64,000 nucleotides of DNA. Origin: a virus. Its lineage: Duplodnaviria; Caudoviricetes. Both the position numbers and the translations under genes were made by a program. A model generated the notes under the pieces. That model did not search any database. It saw only the letters and a program-made list of their open reading frames with translations, and was not told the DNA's origin. Location of the stretch: the IMG/VR virus record IMGVR_UViG_3300027804_002812, positions 32,001 to 96,000 of that record. The stretch is one strand, 5' to 3'. Positions within the stretch are counted from its first letter, which is position 1. Each line of letters begins with the position of its first letter. Positions 40,518 through 50,102 of the stretch are shown piece after piece.

Positions 40518-42371
40518 TCAGTAGGATGCTCCTCCTCCACCTTTATATGCATTACTCGGAGTAGTAACATTAACGATATAATCCTTAAATCTCTGCTCAT
40601 TAATCTTGTCAGAGAAAGTTTTGGTAATTTGTTCTTTCTGTTCTGAACTTAATCCTGTCGGCATATCTTGGAATTTCACGTTTACCTTTATTTCTCCAAG
40701 TAACTCAATAAGGCTTTTTTGTTCTCTTACTTGGTTCTCAACAGTACCTAAATTTCGGTTAGCCCCCGACATTCCTTCGACTGTAAGGCTTGTCCAAAAA
40801 TCATCTTCAGTTGTTGTTCCTCCACTACCACCTTTCTTCAATGGATTTAATTCAAAATCTGAAACTTTTGTTGCTAAATTTTCCAAAATTTTATCAATAT
40901 TTTCACCAGCCTTTCCTAAATATCCACCTTCGTTGGCTAATTCTTTTTTTATTTGTTCAGCAGCTCCTGACAATTTTTCTTTTGATTCTCCAGTCAACTT
41001 TATGAACGACCCACCTGTTTCTGTTACTAACGTAGTTAATGCTCCCTTAATATCTCCGGATGAAATCATTGTCTCTATACTACCCTTAAACTTTTCGCTG
41101 AGTTCTTCACTTGATTTCCTAATTGAATCTGTAGTAACAGTATCAACACCAGCCCTTCCAGTAATTTCTGCAAGGGTTCGACCACCTTCACGTAAATCTG
41201 CAATATTTTTGTCGGTAAGTATCCCTCCTAAAACCGCGTATTTAATAGCCGCGATATCACTCTGCATAATCTCATTAACAGTTAATTGGGATCTTTGTAA
41301 CTCTTCAACAGTTTTTGGTCCTGTTTTTTGAGCTTCAATTAATTTTTCAAATTCAGGTTGTGTAAGGTCGGCTAACTCTTTCTGAGTTCCATCTTTCAAT
41401 GTCACTTGGTAAGTTCCATCCTTGCCCAATTTAGCAATATTCGCTAAATATTGTTTGTCTTCTTCATTAACTATTGATAGACCCGCAGAATTGACTGCAG
41501 CAAGTCTATCGTCTAATTCTGCTGCTGCTAATCCCATTTTAGATAAAGATCCTGCACTCAAATTAGCAGCTTGCTCCATTTCTCGGAGAATCAAAACTCC
41601 TTGTGGATTCATTTTGTATGTTTTTGATTTTTCATCAAAAAACGTATACTGTTTTGAAACTTCTGCCAAACTATCTTGTAAAGCACCGGGATCATTAATT
41701 GATGCATTCATCAAAGCAAAAGGGTCAACTAAATTGCCAGCAGCAACTCCCAATCTTTGGAACGCCGACGCAACTTCAATCGCACCCTCAGGTGAGATTA
41801 CCTTTTCTGCCAGAGCAAATGTATTTGACATTTCAAATCTCAACATCGATGCTTGGGCCGCCATTTTTGTTAATCCTACAACACCACCTTCGAACTGATA
41901 TCGGTTCATCTGATCCATGTTCTTTTGGACATCCTGCATGACTTGACGAGCATTACCTCCAATACCTCTAACATAGTCGATAGACTCTTCTAGTTTTTTT
42001 GACATTTGTTCAATTCCAACACCAACGTCCAAAAAACTATTAGTTAAATCTTGCGCACTTATTCCAAGAGTTTTTGTAGCAGCAAATAACGACTTAATTT
42101 CTTCATCATTCGCAACAACATTCCTACGTGCGGCAACACCAACTTCTTGTATGATTCTACCAACATCCTTTATATCCCCCCCTAAACTCCTAACCCCAGG
42201 TAACGAATCTGTTATCGCTCTTTGAAATTCAAAAACTCTCTCCCTACCTTGAGTAAAGGTACCAATAATTTGATTAGATACTTTATCTAAACTTATTCGA
42301 ACATCGTCAATGTTAAAACTTTCGGGTTTTGAAGCTCCGGTATCACCGGCGGTTTCTGCTTGAAAAAACAT
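40518..42371 (-). CDS. Tape measure protein
   Basis: 617 aa, helical and Ala/Gly/Leu/Gln-rich, immediately after the tail chaperone pair. Confidence 0.75.
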   Translation of the reverse strand: MFFQAETAGDTGASKPESFNIDDVRISLDKVSNQIIGTFTQGRERVFEFQRAITDSLPGVRSLGGDIKDVGRIIQEVGVAARRNVVANDEEIKSLFAATKTLGISAQDLTNSFLDVGVGIEQMSKKLEESIDYVRGIGGNARQVMQDVQKNMDQMNRYQFEGGVVGLTKMAAQASMLRFEMSNTFALAEKVISPEGAIEVASAFQRLGVAAGNLVDPFALMNASINDPGALQDSLAEVSKQYTFFDEKSKTYKMNPQGVLILREMEQAANLSAGSLSKMGLAAAELDDRLAAVNSAGLSIVNEEDKQYLANIAKLGKDGTYQVTLKDGTQKELADLTQPEFEKLIEAQKTGPKTVEELQRSQLTVNEIMQSDIAAIKYAVLGGILTDKNIADLREGGRTLAEITGRAGVDTVTTDSIRKSSEELSEKFKGSIETMISSGDIKGALTTLVTETGGSFIKLTGESKEKLSGAAEQIKKELANEGGYLGKAGENIDKILENLATKVSDFELNPLKKGGSGGTTTEDDFWTSLTVEGMSGANRNLGTVENQVREQKSLIELLGEIKVNVKFQDMPTGLSSEQKEQITKTFSDKINEQRFKDYIVNVTTPSNAYKGGGGASY

Positions 42372-42396
42372 AATTGATTATTATATCTATAAATAT

Positions 42397-42422
42397 AAAA
42401 GGACTGATTTTTCAGTCCTTTT
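42397..42422 (-). terminator. Hairpin overlapping the stop of the gp51-like ORF
   Basis: AAAAGGACTGA-4 nt loop-TCAGTCCTTTT inverted repeat, immediately followed by TATTTATA for the tape measure gene. Confidence 0.6.
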
Positions 42423-42591
42423 TGTTTAGTTCAACCCATTTATCTAAAAGATACTTCCTAATGAATACTGGCATTATTAAAAAATCAGAATAAGATATAT
42501 TCAAAAGTGTCTTGAGGTAGTAAAATTCATCTATTTGCCCTTTCCTATAATCAGAAGAAAGGACGAAAAAAGTCAACCCCAAACCCAACAT
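42412..42591 (-). CDS. Tail assembly chaperone second ORF (T4 gp51 / lambda T-like); absent from the ORF track
   Basis: 59 aa MLGLGLTFFVLSSDYRKGQIDEFYYLKTLLNISYSDFLIMPVFIRKYLLDKWVELNKKD. It overlaps the upstream gene by 41 nt in the +1 frame; the S.SDFL.MP..R pattern resembles chaperone extensions. Confidence 0.7.
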   Translation of the reverse strand: MLGLGLTFFVLSSDYRKGQIDEFYYLKTLLNISYSDFLIMPVFIRKYLLDKWVELNKKD

Positions 42592-43294
42592 TGACTGTTA
42601 GTTTCTCTCCTGATGGGGCTATTACTGTTCTCGTTAAATCTAATTTTGGTTCATTTTCTTCCATAAACTTTCTTATGTATTTGGAATCTGCAATTGGCAT
42701 TTGTTCTATAAATCTTGCGATTTCAGATCTATCGGTTATTCCATTTACTTCAATGATTTGTTTGTTCAATCTCCAAGTAACTTTTGGTGCAGTTCTACCT
42801 TGTGGATATGACTCCGACATTTTTTGTACTTCCAAAATTTCGCCATAAGTCATGGGTTTCAATTTTACAGTAGTTTGTGATTTAGGTAACATAGTTATAA
42901 AAGTTCCATCATCAGACGGTTGTTGACCTTTAATAACATCTAATTCATCTAATCTAACTACCCCTTTGAATGGTTTTTTTGTAATCGGGTCAACCAAGTT
43001 TAATTCCATTTCAGGTCCGAACGAAGTATTTCTCAAAAAAATTAATATCGATTCAACATCACCTTCCAATAAATCTTCAATACGAACATCTGGTTCGTAA
43101 ATCTTTGATCTTAAAAGAGTTTGTGTCATGTCATTACCACCAGCCATAAGGATGTTTTCATCATTTGCGGTAAGATATCCAACTTTGATTGATTTTTTCT
43201 TATTCTTGTAGAAGAGACCTTGTGTCGGTAAAGGCACAACGTCGTGAGGTAACGTAAAATTCGATTGTCCGTGTTCTCTTGCTTGATTATCCAT
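42551..43294 (-). CDS. Tail/baseplate assembly chaperone (T4 gp26-like)
   Basis: LPTQGLFY, YLTANDENIL, LLEGDVESILIFLRNTSFG and C-terminal GVDFFRP; located between tube and tape measure. Confidence 0.75.
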   Translation of the reverse strand: MDNQAREHGQSNFTLPHDVVPLPTQGLFYKNKKKSIKVGYLTANDENILMAGGNDMTQTLLRSKIYEPDVRIEDLLEGDVESILIFLRNTSFGPEMELNLVDPITKKPFKGVVRLDELDVIKGQQPSDDGTFITMLPKSQTTVKLKPMTYGEILEVQKMSESYPQGRTAPKVTWRLNKQIIEVNGITDRSEIARFIEQMPIADSKYIRKFMEENEPKLDLTRTVIAPSGEKLTVNVGFGVDFFRPFF

Positions 43295-43296
43295 AT

Positions 43297-43335
43297 AAAA
43301 ATTTAACCGTAAAGTTTAGTGCTTTACGGTTAAAT
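43297..43335 (-). terminator. Intrinsic terminator after tail tube gene
   Basis: 14-bp stem ATTTAACCGTAAAG / CTTTACGGTTAAAT with a 7-nt loop and a U-run. Confidence 0.75.
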
Positions 43336-43375
43336 ATAATTGTATTTGAATTTTAATAAATAGTATCTTGATAAA

Positions 43376-43864
43376 TTAGTAAACAAGTACGCAACGGTCC
43401 ATTCTAAGTGTTGCATTAATTGTCGCTAGTCCGTCTTGTGCGTAACTCAAAGTATTGAAGTTAACATCAGTTAAGAATGTTCCGTACAAAATCCATTTTT
43501 CTACAACAACACCGGTTGGGTCCAACATTTCGAGGTCGACATCTTTTTTGTAACCCGCAGCATAACCCATACGACCTGTTACAGATTCAGCATGTAAACG
43601 AACCCACTCCATAAGAGCTTGAGCCGCTGAAGGTCCAATTGGATCTCTAAACACCGCCGGAATTGTTTGCCAAGTGAATTTACCCGCGACATAAGTTTCA
43701 GTATTCAAGAAAGGAATTGGAACTGGGTTTATAATAATATGTGGTCTTGCAGAAGATTCAACAAACCATTCATTTATACCAAGAGATGATGGAAACCTTA
43801 GGATAAAACGATTCTGTCGTTTTGGTTCGTAAGGAATCGGCATTTTCATTAACAAATCAGCCAT
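43376..43864 (-). CDS. Tail tube protein (T4 gp19-like)
   Basis: YEPKRQNRF, GKFTW, GYAAGYKKD..LEMLDPTG.VVEKW.L.G motifs. Confidence 0.9.
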   Translation of the reverse strand: MADLLMKMPIPYEPKRQNRFILRFPSSLGINEWFVESSARPHIIINPVPIPFLNTETYVAGKFTWQTIPAVFRDPIGPSAAQALMEWVRLHAESVTGRMGYAAGYKKDVDLEMLDPTGVVVEKWILYGTFLTDVNFNTLSYAQDGLATINATLRMDRCVLVY

Positions 43865-43957
43865 GTGTTTTTAATTTTTTTGTTTTTGTTATTTTATTGA
43901 TAAATATATCCTTTCACAAAAATTTTTCTATTTACTTTTTTTTTGAAAACGATATTC

Positions 43958-44788
43958 TTATTTAACTTCCTGCTTAACTCCTCCAGCAGTAGAATAAGTT
44001 TTTACTATATTATCTGGTTTATTTTTGAAGTGTTTTTGCATTACTTCTATATTTTTTGGATCATCGTCACTAAATCCTATAGATAAATTATCCGGATTAA
44101 ATTTATTACTTATATCCTTTTTTAAGAAAGCCTTTTTATTAAGCACTGCCGCCATAGCCTTAATGTAATTTACAAAACCTTCCATTGCCTCTACTTTAGC
44201 TTCTTCAGGATTAACTGCTCCTTGGTCATCTCCAAAAGACACTGGATGATACTTATTAAGTTCCAAATATGACTTAATTAATTCTTCATCACTCATTTCA
44301 TCTTCACCTATAAAAGACCTATATTTTTTAAGATTTTTAATTAACTCGTCTTTATCGATTCCGTTGAACCCTTCTATAATATAATTATAAATTGCTTCTT
44401 TTATGGTGTTTGGATTGTGTCCCCTCGCAGTAATTATCGCAAATATTGAACCGTTATTGATTGCTTCTCTGAAATCATCGAACGCTGGTCCTTCTTTCGC
44501 CCTCATTGCATCCACCAAAAAATCTTTATCCCCATCGGTTCTAAAGTTTCTGAACGGAGAGTCACTATAACCTACAATTGTGTTACCTTTATAATTAAAT
44601 GGTTCTTTTCCTATTTGATGTCTAAACTCAGCGAAATCATCAGTAGGCATCCCAACCTCATTACCACTCTCATCTTTAACTAAAATTTTAGTTGGCATAT
44701 GAACTATATTATCGTCCCAATCGAACGCATAATATTTTAAGTCCGGAGTACCCTCACTTTTGAATCCTTCTGTAAAAACTTTTTCCAT
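43958..44788 (-). CDS. HAD-superfamily phosphatase-like protein
   Basis: Motif I AFDWDDNI, motif II IITARGH, motif IV GFSDDD. Confidence 0.75.
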   Translation of the reverse strand: MEKVFTEGFKSEGTPDLKYYAFDWDDNIVHMPTKILVKDESGNEVGMPTDDFAEFRHQIGKEPFNYKGNTIVGYSDSPFRNFRTDGDKDFLVDAMRAKEGPAFDDFREAINNGSIFAIITARGHNPNTIKEAIYNYIIEGFNGIDKDELIKNLKKYRSFIGEDEMSDEELIKSYLELNKYHPVSFGDDQGAVNPEEAKVEAMEGFVNYIKAMAAVLNKKAFLKKDISNKFNPDNLSIGFSDDDPKNIEVMQKHFKNKPDNIVKTYSTAGGVKQEVK

Positions 44789-44794
44789 TTGGCT

Positions 44795-44816
44795 AAAGGG
44801 GGGATTTTACCCCCCT
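44795..44816 (-). terminator. GC hairpin after the sheath gene
   Basis: AGGGGGG-TAAAAT-CCCCCCT followed by a short U-run on the minus strand. Confidence 0.6.
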
Positions 44817-44824
44817 ATTAATTA

Positions 44825-47800
44825 TTAGATATTTTCGAACGAAGCTCCTGTTGGAGTGATGAAGAATTCGATATCGATGAATTCTAATGCCTTCGTTGGT
44901 TTTAAGTATATCTTTCCTGTTAATGTATTTCTATCTAAATCTTCAGGTGAAGAAGAAACTGTTACTCTGAAATCATAAAGACCTCTGTCTCTTCTAATTG
45001 AATCTAAGATAGGGTTAACACTATCCAAGAATTGTTGTCTAACGATTTGGTCGTTTTGTTCGAACAACAATCTTACCGCTACTGCTGAAATCAACTTACG
45101 AGCTTGAAGTAATAATCTCCTTACGTTCAGTCTGTTAAGTGCTGTGTCAGCAACTTGTAAGGTTTTGTTACCCCAAATTACAGTTCCCACATCAGAGAAT
45201 GTTGCAATTGGGTTGATTCTACCTTGATACAAAGTATCTCTGTCTTCTTGAGTCAATTTAACTCTCGCTTTGATAGAGTTTACAAGACCTCTTGTGTAAC
45301 CCGCTGAAGCGAACCAAGGGAATGCAATGTTATCTGTCAATGCCAAGTTTCTACAAACTTCTCCTGTTGGTGGAAGATAGATTTGTGTATTATTAACAGT
45401 ATCTCTTGTAAGAATCCAAGGATAGTAAGTCGCAGTGTAGTTAGAATCAATACCTGTGTTATCCAAGTTGTCAACCGCTTCTTGAGGATAAATAATATCC
45501 TGTGGATTTGTTGCATCGGGAGTAAACATTTGGTAATCAGGTGTAGTTGCAATGTAAACTGAATCCGCTCTTGAGAATTGTACCATGTCAATAGCTTCTT
45601 CAACAAGGTTAGAGTTGTTTACATAATCAATACTTGATGTCGCAAATACGTTGATGTTCGTTGATTCAGGATTTGCAAATGTCAATATACCAAGTAAGTA
45701 AGCGTAGTAGTCAGTGTTCGCAAAATCTTGAGTATTGTTTTGAACTACAATTCTTTTGAATAGACCATCACCAGTCGCGTTTGGATATCTTGTAGATGGA
45801 GATGCTCCTGCCAAGAAACCTGTTGCTCCCAATTGGAATCTGTCCTCGTTAGTTCTAAACTCTCTATAAATGTCCCATCCATCAAAACCACCCGCGAAAC
45901 ATATTGTGAATTTTCTTGAGTAGATGAAGTAATAAGGGTTTTCTTGAGTTTCAGGGTCTCTTGTAAAGTCAGCAACACCACATTCAAATGCTGTTTGACC
46001 ACTTGTTAAAAATGAATTAGCAAGTGTTACTACTGTTGCGCCAGAATCCATGTGGAAACCTTTACTTAAATAATTCCATGGTGCCCCTTCAACAGGAAGT
46101 GGAGATGTAATCCAGCTAATAGGATTTTGTGTTCCTTTATATTGTAAGAATGAATCATCAACTCCAAATTGACTTGAGAAACCTAAGTAACTTCTTCTAA
46201 CAATGTCACCTGAAGATTCAGTTACATCAGTTGGAGCTCCGAATGGAGGGTTATAAATAACTTCACCAGGAAAGTAATATTTTGTTTTGAAAATTGGAAC
46301 TGGTGAAGGGTTGGTTACCGAAGAGTATTCTCTTTGTGTGTATCCATAGAAACCACAAGGGATAGCATCAATTGGTGCTTCGTCAGCCAACTCAATCATA
46401 ATGTAACGTGAAATCAATGCATACTCTCCGTCACTTGAACCGATTTTCTTAGCAACGAAATTATTAGATGCCGGATCCATGTTACAGTTAGTGAATTTTT
46501 CAATCACCACAGGGTTAGCGTCAGTGTCAAAGAAATTTCTAACCAACACATCAAATGTCATGTTATTAAATGATAAGTTAGTGATAGAAATTTTTACCTC
46601 TGTGTTTGCAGCATTACCGTCAGAAATTGATATAAACTTGAATAAGTTATAAACCTTATTACCTCTAAGTTCAGATACTAAATATGGTGTACTCGGTGAC
46701 TTATATTGAGTTACATTGTAAGCTATTGATTGTGAGTTCTCACTTCTAGCATCTTCAAGTGCTATCAAATTACAATTCAAACCACGAATATATCCTTGAT
46801 TATACGCATAATTCAAAGTATTAGGGTAAATCTCTTCAACATAAACAGGAACCTCGTTTCTTGATTTACCAAAGTTATCAACACCAAGAACTTTAGTGAT
46901 GAACTTAGAAGACGATGCCGCCATTGAAGTTTCAAAAGAGAAATTGTCTCCGTCTTTTGTTACACCTGAAATTAAGAATGTCTCAAATGGTGATTGAGTA
47001 ACACCTGAGTATTGTTCACTACAATTCAAAGTCAAAGCTGATAATGCGTTAACTTCATAAATCGGTCCGTGGTTGTCACTTGTAGAACTATTAGTGTATA
47101 AAGATATACCTCTTGAACGTAAAGTTGCAACAACCATGTTGTTATATTCAGAGTAAGCAGTTCCTGAGTAAGTATAAACATTACCAGATATCGTACCTGT
47201 GAATGTTGAGGACGCTCCTGAAGTTAATGAAGATACATAATAGAAGAATGAATATCCAGAATATGCATTTCCTGAAGTAATATCAAAGTTAGCATAATAC
47301 CATGGATCATTCGAATCAGAAGACAAGTCGTTAGTTGCAAGATTAACTGTGTCACAATCATATTCATTTATTATGTTTGAATAAGTTGCGGTCAAGTCAT
47401 AAAAGTTAGATTCAGGCATTGCTCCATAAACAACTGCTGTGTTAGCAGATAAAGATGGAGTATCCATGATATTATCAAGGTTACTTGTAAAATCCAACGC
47501 TAAAGTTGATGTGCTACCATCAGACAATCTATATTGAGTGTTAAAATTCGCAAGAACTTGTGGAGGTAATGCTCCACCTGTAAATGTTACAGTATTTCCT
47601 GAAGATGACCCTGAGAAGTTTGCACTCCATGTAGTTCCAGTTGCCGGATTAAGACCGATAGTTAATGGGTCAACATTCGCAGTTACCTTGATACTCCAAG
47701 ATGGTCCTGCGTCATATCCAGATAAACCTAAAATTCTCGTAACGAAAAGTTGGTTAGATTGTTGTAAATATGATTTTGCGATATAAGCCGCTTCATATTT

Positions 47801-48025
47801 CGGGATTTGTGTGTTTATAAATTTTGTAGGTTCAGTCCCCCCAAAATATGCTTGAAACTCATCATAGTTTGTGATAAAAATAGGTTCGAATGCGGGACCT
47901 TTAATTGTTTCTCCCACTAAACCTAGTGTAGTCACACCCACACTTTGAGCCACAAATGATAAGTCAGTTTCAGACGTATATACTCCAGGCGATACGTATA
48001 CCTTTTGATTTACTTGTGTTGCCAT
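44825..48025 (-). CDS. Contractile tail sheath protein (T4 gp18-like), enlarged
   Basis: SPGVY..ETDLS, GET.KGP, YYPW, WFASAG..RG, INPI, VIWGNKTL, LNVRRL and EFI.IEF motifs. Confidence 0.95.
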   Translation of the reverse strand: MATQVNQKVYVSPGVYTSETDLSFVAQSVGVTTLGLVGETIKGPAFEPIFITNYDEFQAYFGGTEPTKFINTQIPKYEAAYIAKSYLQQSNQLFVTRILGLSGYDAGPSWSIKVTANVDPLTIGLNPATGTTWSANFSGSSSGNTVTFTGGALPPQVLANFNTQYRLSDGSTSTLALDFTSNLDNIMDTPSLSANTAVVYGAMPESNFYDLTATYSNIINEYDCDTVNLATNDLSSDSNDPWYYANFDITSGNAYSGYSFFYYVSSLTSGASSTFTGTISGNVYTYSGTAYSEYNNMVVATLRSRGISLYTNSSTSDNHGPIYEVNALSALTLNCSEQYSGVTQSPFETFLISGVTKDGDNFSFETSMAASSSKFITKVLGVDNFGKSRNEVPVYVEEIYPNTLNYAYNQGYIRGLNCNLIALEDARSENSQSIAYNVTQYKSPSTPYLVSELRGNKVYNLFKFISISDGNAANTEVKISITNLSFNNMTFDVLVRNFFDTDANPVVIEKFTNCNMDPASNNFVAKKIGSSDGEYALISRYIMIELADEAPIDAIPCGFYGYTQREYSSVTNPSPVPIFKTKYYFPGEVIYNPPFGAPTDVTESSGDIVRRSYLGFSSQFGVDDSFLQYKGTQNPISWITSPLPVEGAPWNYLSKGFHMDSGATVVTLANSFLTSGQTAFECGVADFTRDPETQENPYYFIYSRKFTICFAGGFDGWDIYREFRTNEDRFQLGATGFLAGASPSTRYPNATGDGLFKRIVVQNNTQDFANTDYYAYLLGILTFANPESTNINVFATSSIDYVNNSNLVEEAIDMVQFSRADSVYIATTPDYQMFTPDATNPQDIIYPQEAVDNLDNTGIDSNYTATYYPWILTRDTVNNTQIYLPPTGEVCRNLALTDNIAFPWFASAGYTRGLVNSIKARVKLTQEDRDTLYQGRINPIATFSDVGTVIWGNKTLQVADTALNRLNVRRLLLQARKLISAVAVRLLFEQNDQIVRQQFLDSVNPILDSIRRDRGLYDFRVTVSSSPEDLDRNTLTGKIYLKPTKALEFIDIEFFITPTGASFENI

Positions 48026-48145
48026 GCTTTAATTATTCTATTGCAGATTTATTTTAATGATAAATATTCATATCTATATGAAAAAACTTGACTTTTGAAT
48101 ATCTATTTGTAAGGAGTATGATTTTATTCTACCTTTTTTCTGCCC

Positions 48146-48307
48146 ATGAAAACAACCAAAGAAATAAAGAATATCAAAATATCCCCTGAATCACACGAGA
48201 TATTAAAAAAGTACTGTGAAAAGCGTGGGATAAAAATCTATAAGTTTTTAGAAAATCTTATTATAGAAAATTGTAAAGAGAAGAAAGATATCTATGGAGA
48301 GGATTAA
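48146..48307 (+). CDS. Ribbon-helix-helix DNA-binding protein; absent from the ORF track
   Basis: 53 aa MKTTKEIKNIKISPESHEILKKYCEKRGIKIYKFLENLIIENCKEKKDIYGED: beta-strand plus two helices. Divergent from the sheath gene; possible TTTG-N20-TACCTTTT promoter upstream. Confidence 0.7.
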   Translation: MKTTKEIKNIKISPESHEILKKYCEKRGIKIYKFLENLIIENCKEKKDIYGED

Positions 48308-49344
48308 ACCAACTGAGATTCAAACTTGATGGTGGACTCTAAGGAGTTATTAGTTTTGACAACATCAATCCTTAAAATATCATTTGTGGTGATTTGAATT
48401 TCTGAAACATCACTACCAAAATAATCACCATTTATATAAACATCAAAACTATCAACATTGGTCGACCCAACTAAAGATAAATTGGCAGTAAAATCAATTA
48501 TTTCACTTAAGGTATCATTTCCAACTATGTATAAAAAGTTGGATAAAAATTCATCAGGATTTTCAGGAAACTTTGGTCTCCTTCTTTTTAATACGGTAGT
48601 ATCTAATTCCATAATTTGAGCAACTCTAGCAATCGCAGGCTTGACTTCAAATTCCTCCTCATCAATCAAATAACCTAACATAGTGAAGTCATAATTCTGA
48701 ATAAAATATTTTCTAGCATCAAGTTGCATTTGTGACTCATCAGATATATTATTAAGAATAATTGGAACATATTGACCTTTAATAAAAGTGTAAGCCTGTC
48801 TTGAAGAAAACTTTTGCATTACAATCTTATTAAGTTGATTTAACTCCCTCATTCTATTACAAATAATTTTGACACTGTAATTAATATCAACTGGAACTGG
48901 TTGTGGGATTGTATATATATCCATACCTTGTTCATTACCATTCCAAGTTGGTACAGAAGCATAATAGAATTGTTTTCTGTTAGGTATAGTATATTGTAAA
49001 GACGGATTAGTTCCGAATTTAACTTCAGGTTGTCTTACCACAGTAATGAATGGAGGTTCAGGATTGAAATCTAAGTTGGTAAATAAAGCGGTCTCCACAT
49101 ATTGAGACCAATTTTGTGTTGTAATTATAATATCAACCATTGGAATTATTTTTCCAGCGGTCACAACTTGAAGATCTTCTTTGACAAAATCTAACATACC
49201 ACGATCCAAATCAGCATGTAATACTGACTTTGGTAAGTAAGTTCCATCTTTGTTTATATACTCAAGAAGTTGTTCTCTTCTTGCATACAAAGTTTTCTTC
49301 GGAACTAAAGGTAATGTAGGTTTGACTTGTTTTGGTAATGGCAT
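48304..49344 (-). CDS. Tail completion / sheath terminator protein (gp15-like)
   Basis: PVPVDINYSVKI..NRMRELNQL and YDFTMLGYL patterns; upstream of sheath. Confidence 0.65.
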   Translation of the reverse strand: MPLPKQVKPTLPLVPKKTLYARREQLLEYINKDGTYLPKSVLHADLDRGMLDFVKEDLQVVTAGKIIPMVDIIITTQNWSQYVETALFTNLDFNPEPPFITVVRQPEVKFGTNPSLQYTIPNRKQFYYASVPTWNGNEQGMDIYTIPQPVPVDINYSVKIICNRMRELNQLNKIVMQKFSSRQAYTFIKGQYVPIILNNISDESQMQLDARKYFIQNYDFTMLGYLIDEEEFEVKPAIARVAQIMELDTTVLKRRRPKFPENPDEFLSNFLYIVGNDTLSEIIDFTANLSLVGSTNVDSFDVYINGDYFGSDVSEIQITTNDILRIDVVKTNNSLESTIKFESQLV

Positions 49345-49350
49345 CTTTTT

Positions 49351-49512
49351 TTATTTTTCAGAATTATCATGTCCACATTTATGACACATGTAAGGGTCTT
49401 TACCACCTTCAGATAATTTCCAAGACCAACCACATTCATCACAAATAACTTTCTCTTTGGTGACCTTTTCAATGATTCGAGTCAGCTGAGTTTCCCTAAC
49501 AATAATTTTCAT
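49351..49512 (-). CDS. Small Zn-ribbon protein (CxxC...CxxC); absent from the ORF track
   Basis: 53 aa MKIIVRETQLTRIIEKVTKEKVICDECGWSWKLSEGGKDPYMCHKCGHDNSEK; TAATG coupling with the upstream gene. Confidence 0.7.
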   Translation of the reverse strand: MKIIVRETQLTRIIEKVTKEKVICDECGWSWKLSEGGKDPYMCHKCGHDNSEK

Positions 49513-50027
49513 TATATTCCCCTAAATTCATTTTCACTCACATAAGTGGCAACAATAGTTCTGTAAAAAGGTTTGTACCCACCATACGTATGTTTATTAT
49601 CAGATTTTACGTATCCATCATCGGCAACCACATAATATCTAACTCGGTTTTCCGATTCATAGTATCCAAAATAATCACCCATAAATATCTCTACACCCAT
49701 ATCATCCAAAGTTTTTTGGTAGATACTGAACTTCATGTTACCTGGCTCTTGTTGCTCTACTTTGGAATTTCCAAGATTTTTATGAGCGGGCGCCATAACT
49801 TGAACTAATCCTTTCAATTCAACAGGTGCGAGAAACTGTATCCCATCTTCCAATACTTCACCATATACATCATCAGTTTTTGTCTTCCTTCTATCAATAC
49901 GGTAAAGTACTATGGTGAAATTCATGTCACCGATTAGCCATTCTTCACCCATACCGATATCTAAACTATAATCTTCAGCTCCGAAGAATTTACCTAATCT
50001 TGTTATTGGAACTAACTTTTCTGCCAT
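49512..50027 (-). CDS. Head closure / neck protein (gp14-like)
   Basis: 171 aa, upstream of the gp15-like gene; YRID...DDVYGE and GDYFGY patterns. Confidence 0.55.
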   Translation of the reverse strand: MAEKLVPITRLGKFFGAEDYSLDIGMGEEWLIGDMNFTIVLYRIDRRKTKTDDVYGEVLEDGIQFLAPVELKGLVQVMAPAHKNLGNSKVEQQEPGNMKFSIYQKTLDDMGVEIFMGDYFGYYESENRVRYYVVADDGYVKSDNKHTYGGYKPFYRTIVATYVSENEFRGI

Positions 50028-50102
50028 TATATTATGTGATTTCCTATATATTGATAAATACTCAGTTTATAACTATATTTTAACCAAATATTTTTCTTAT
50101 AG

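Noticed and set aside
40606-41941. Long plus-strand ORFs (241 and 158 aa, plus smaller ones) opposite the tape measure gene
   Set aside because: In-register antisense frames expected from the codon bias of the real gene; no start signals or motifs.
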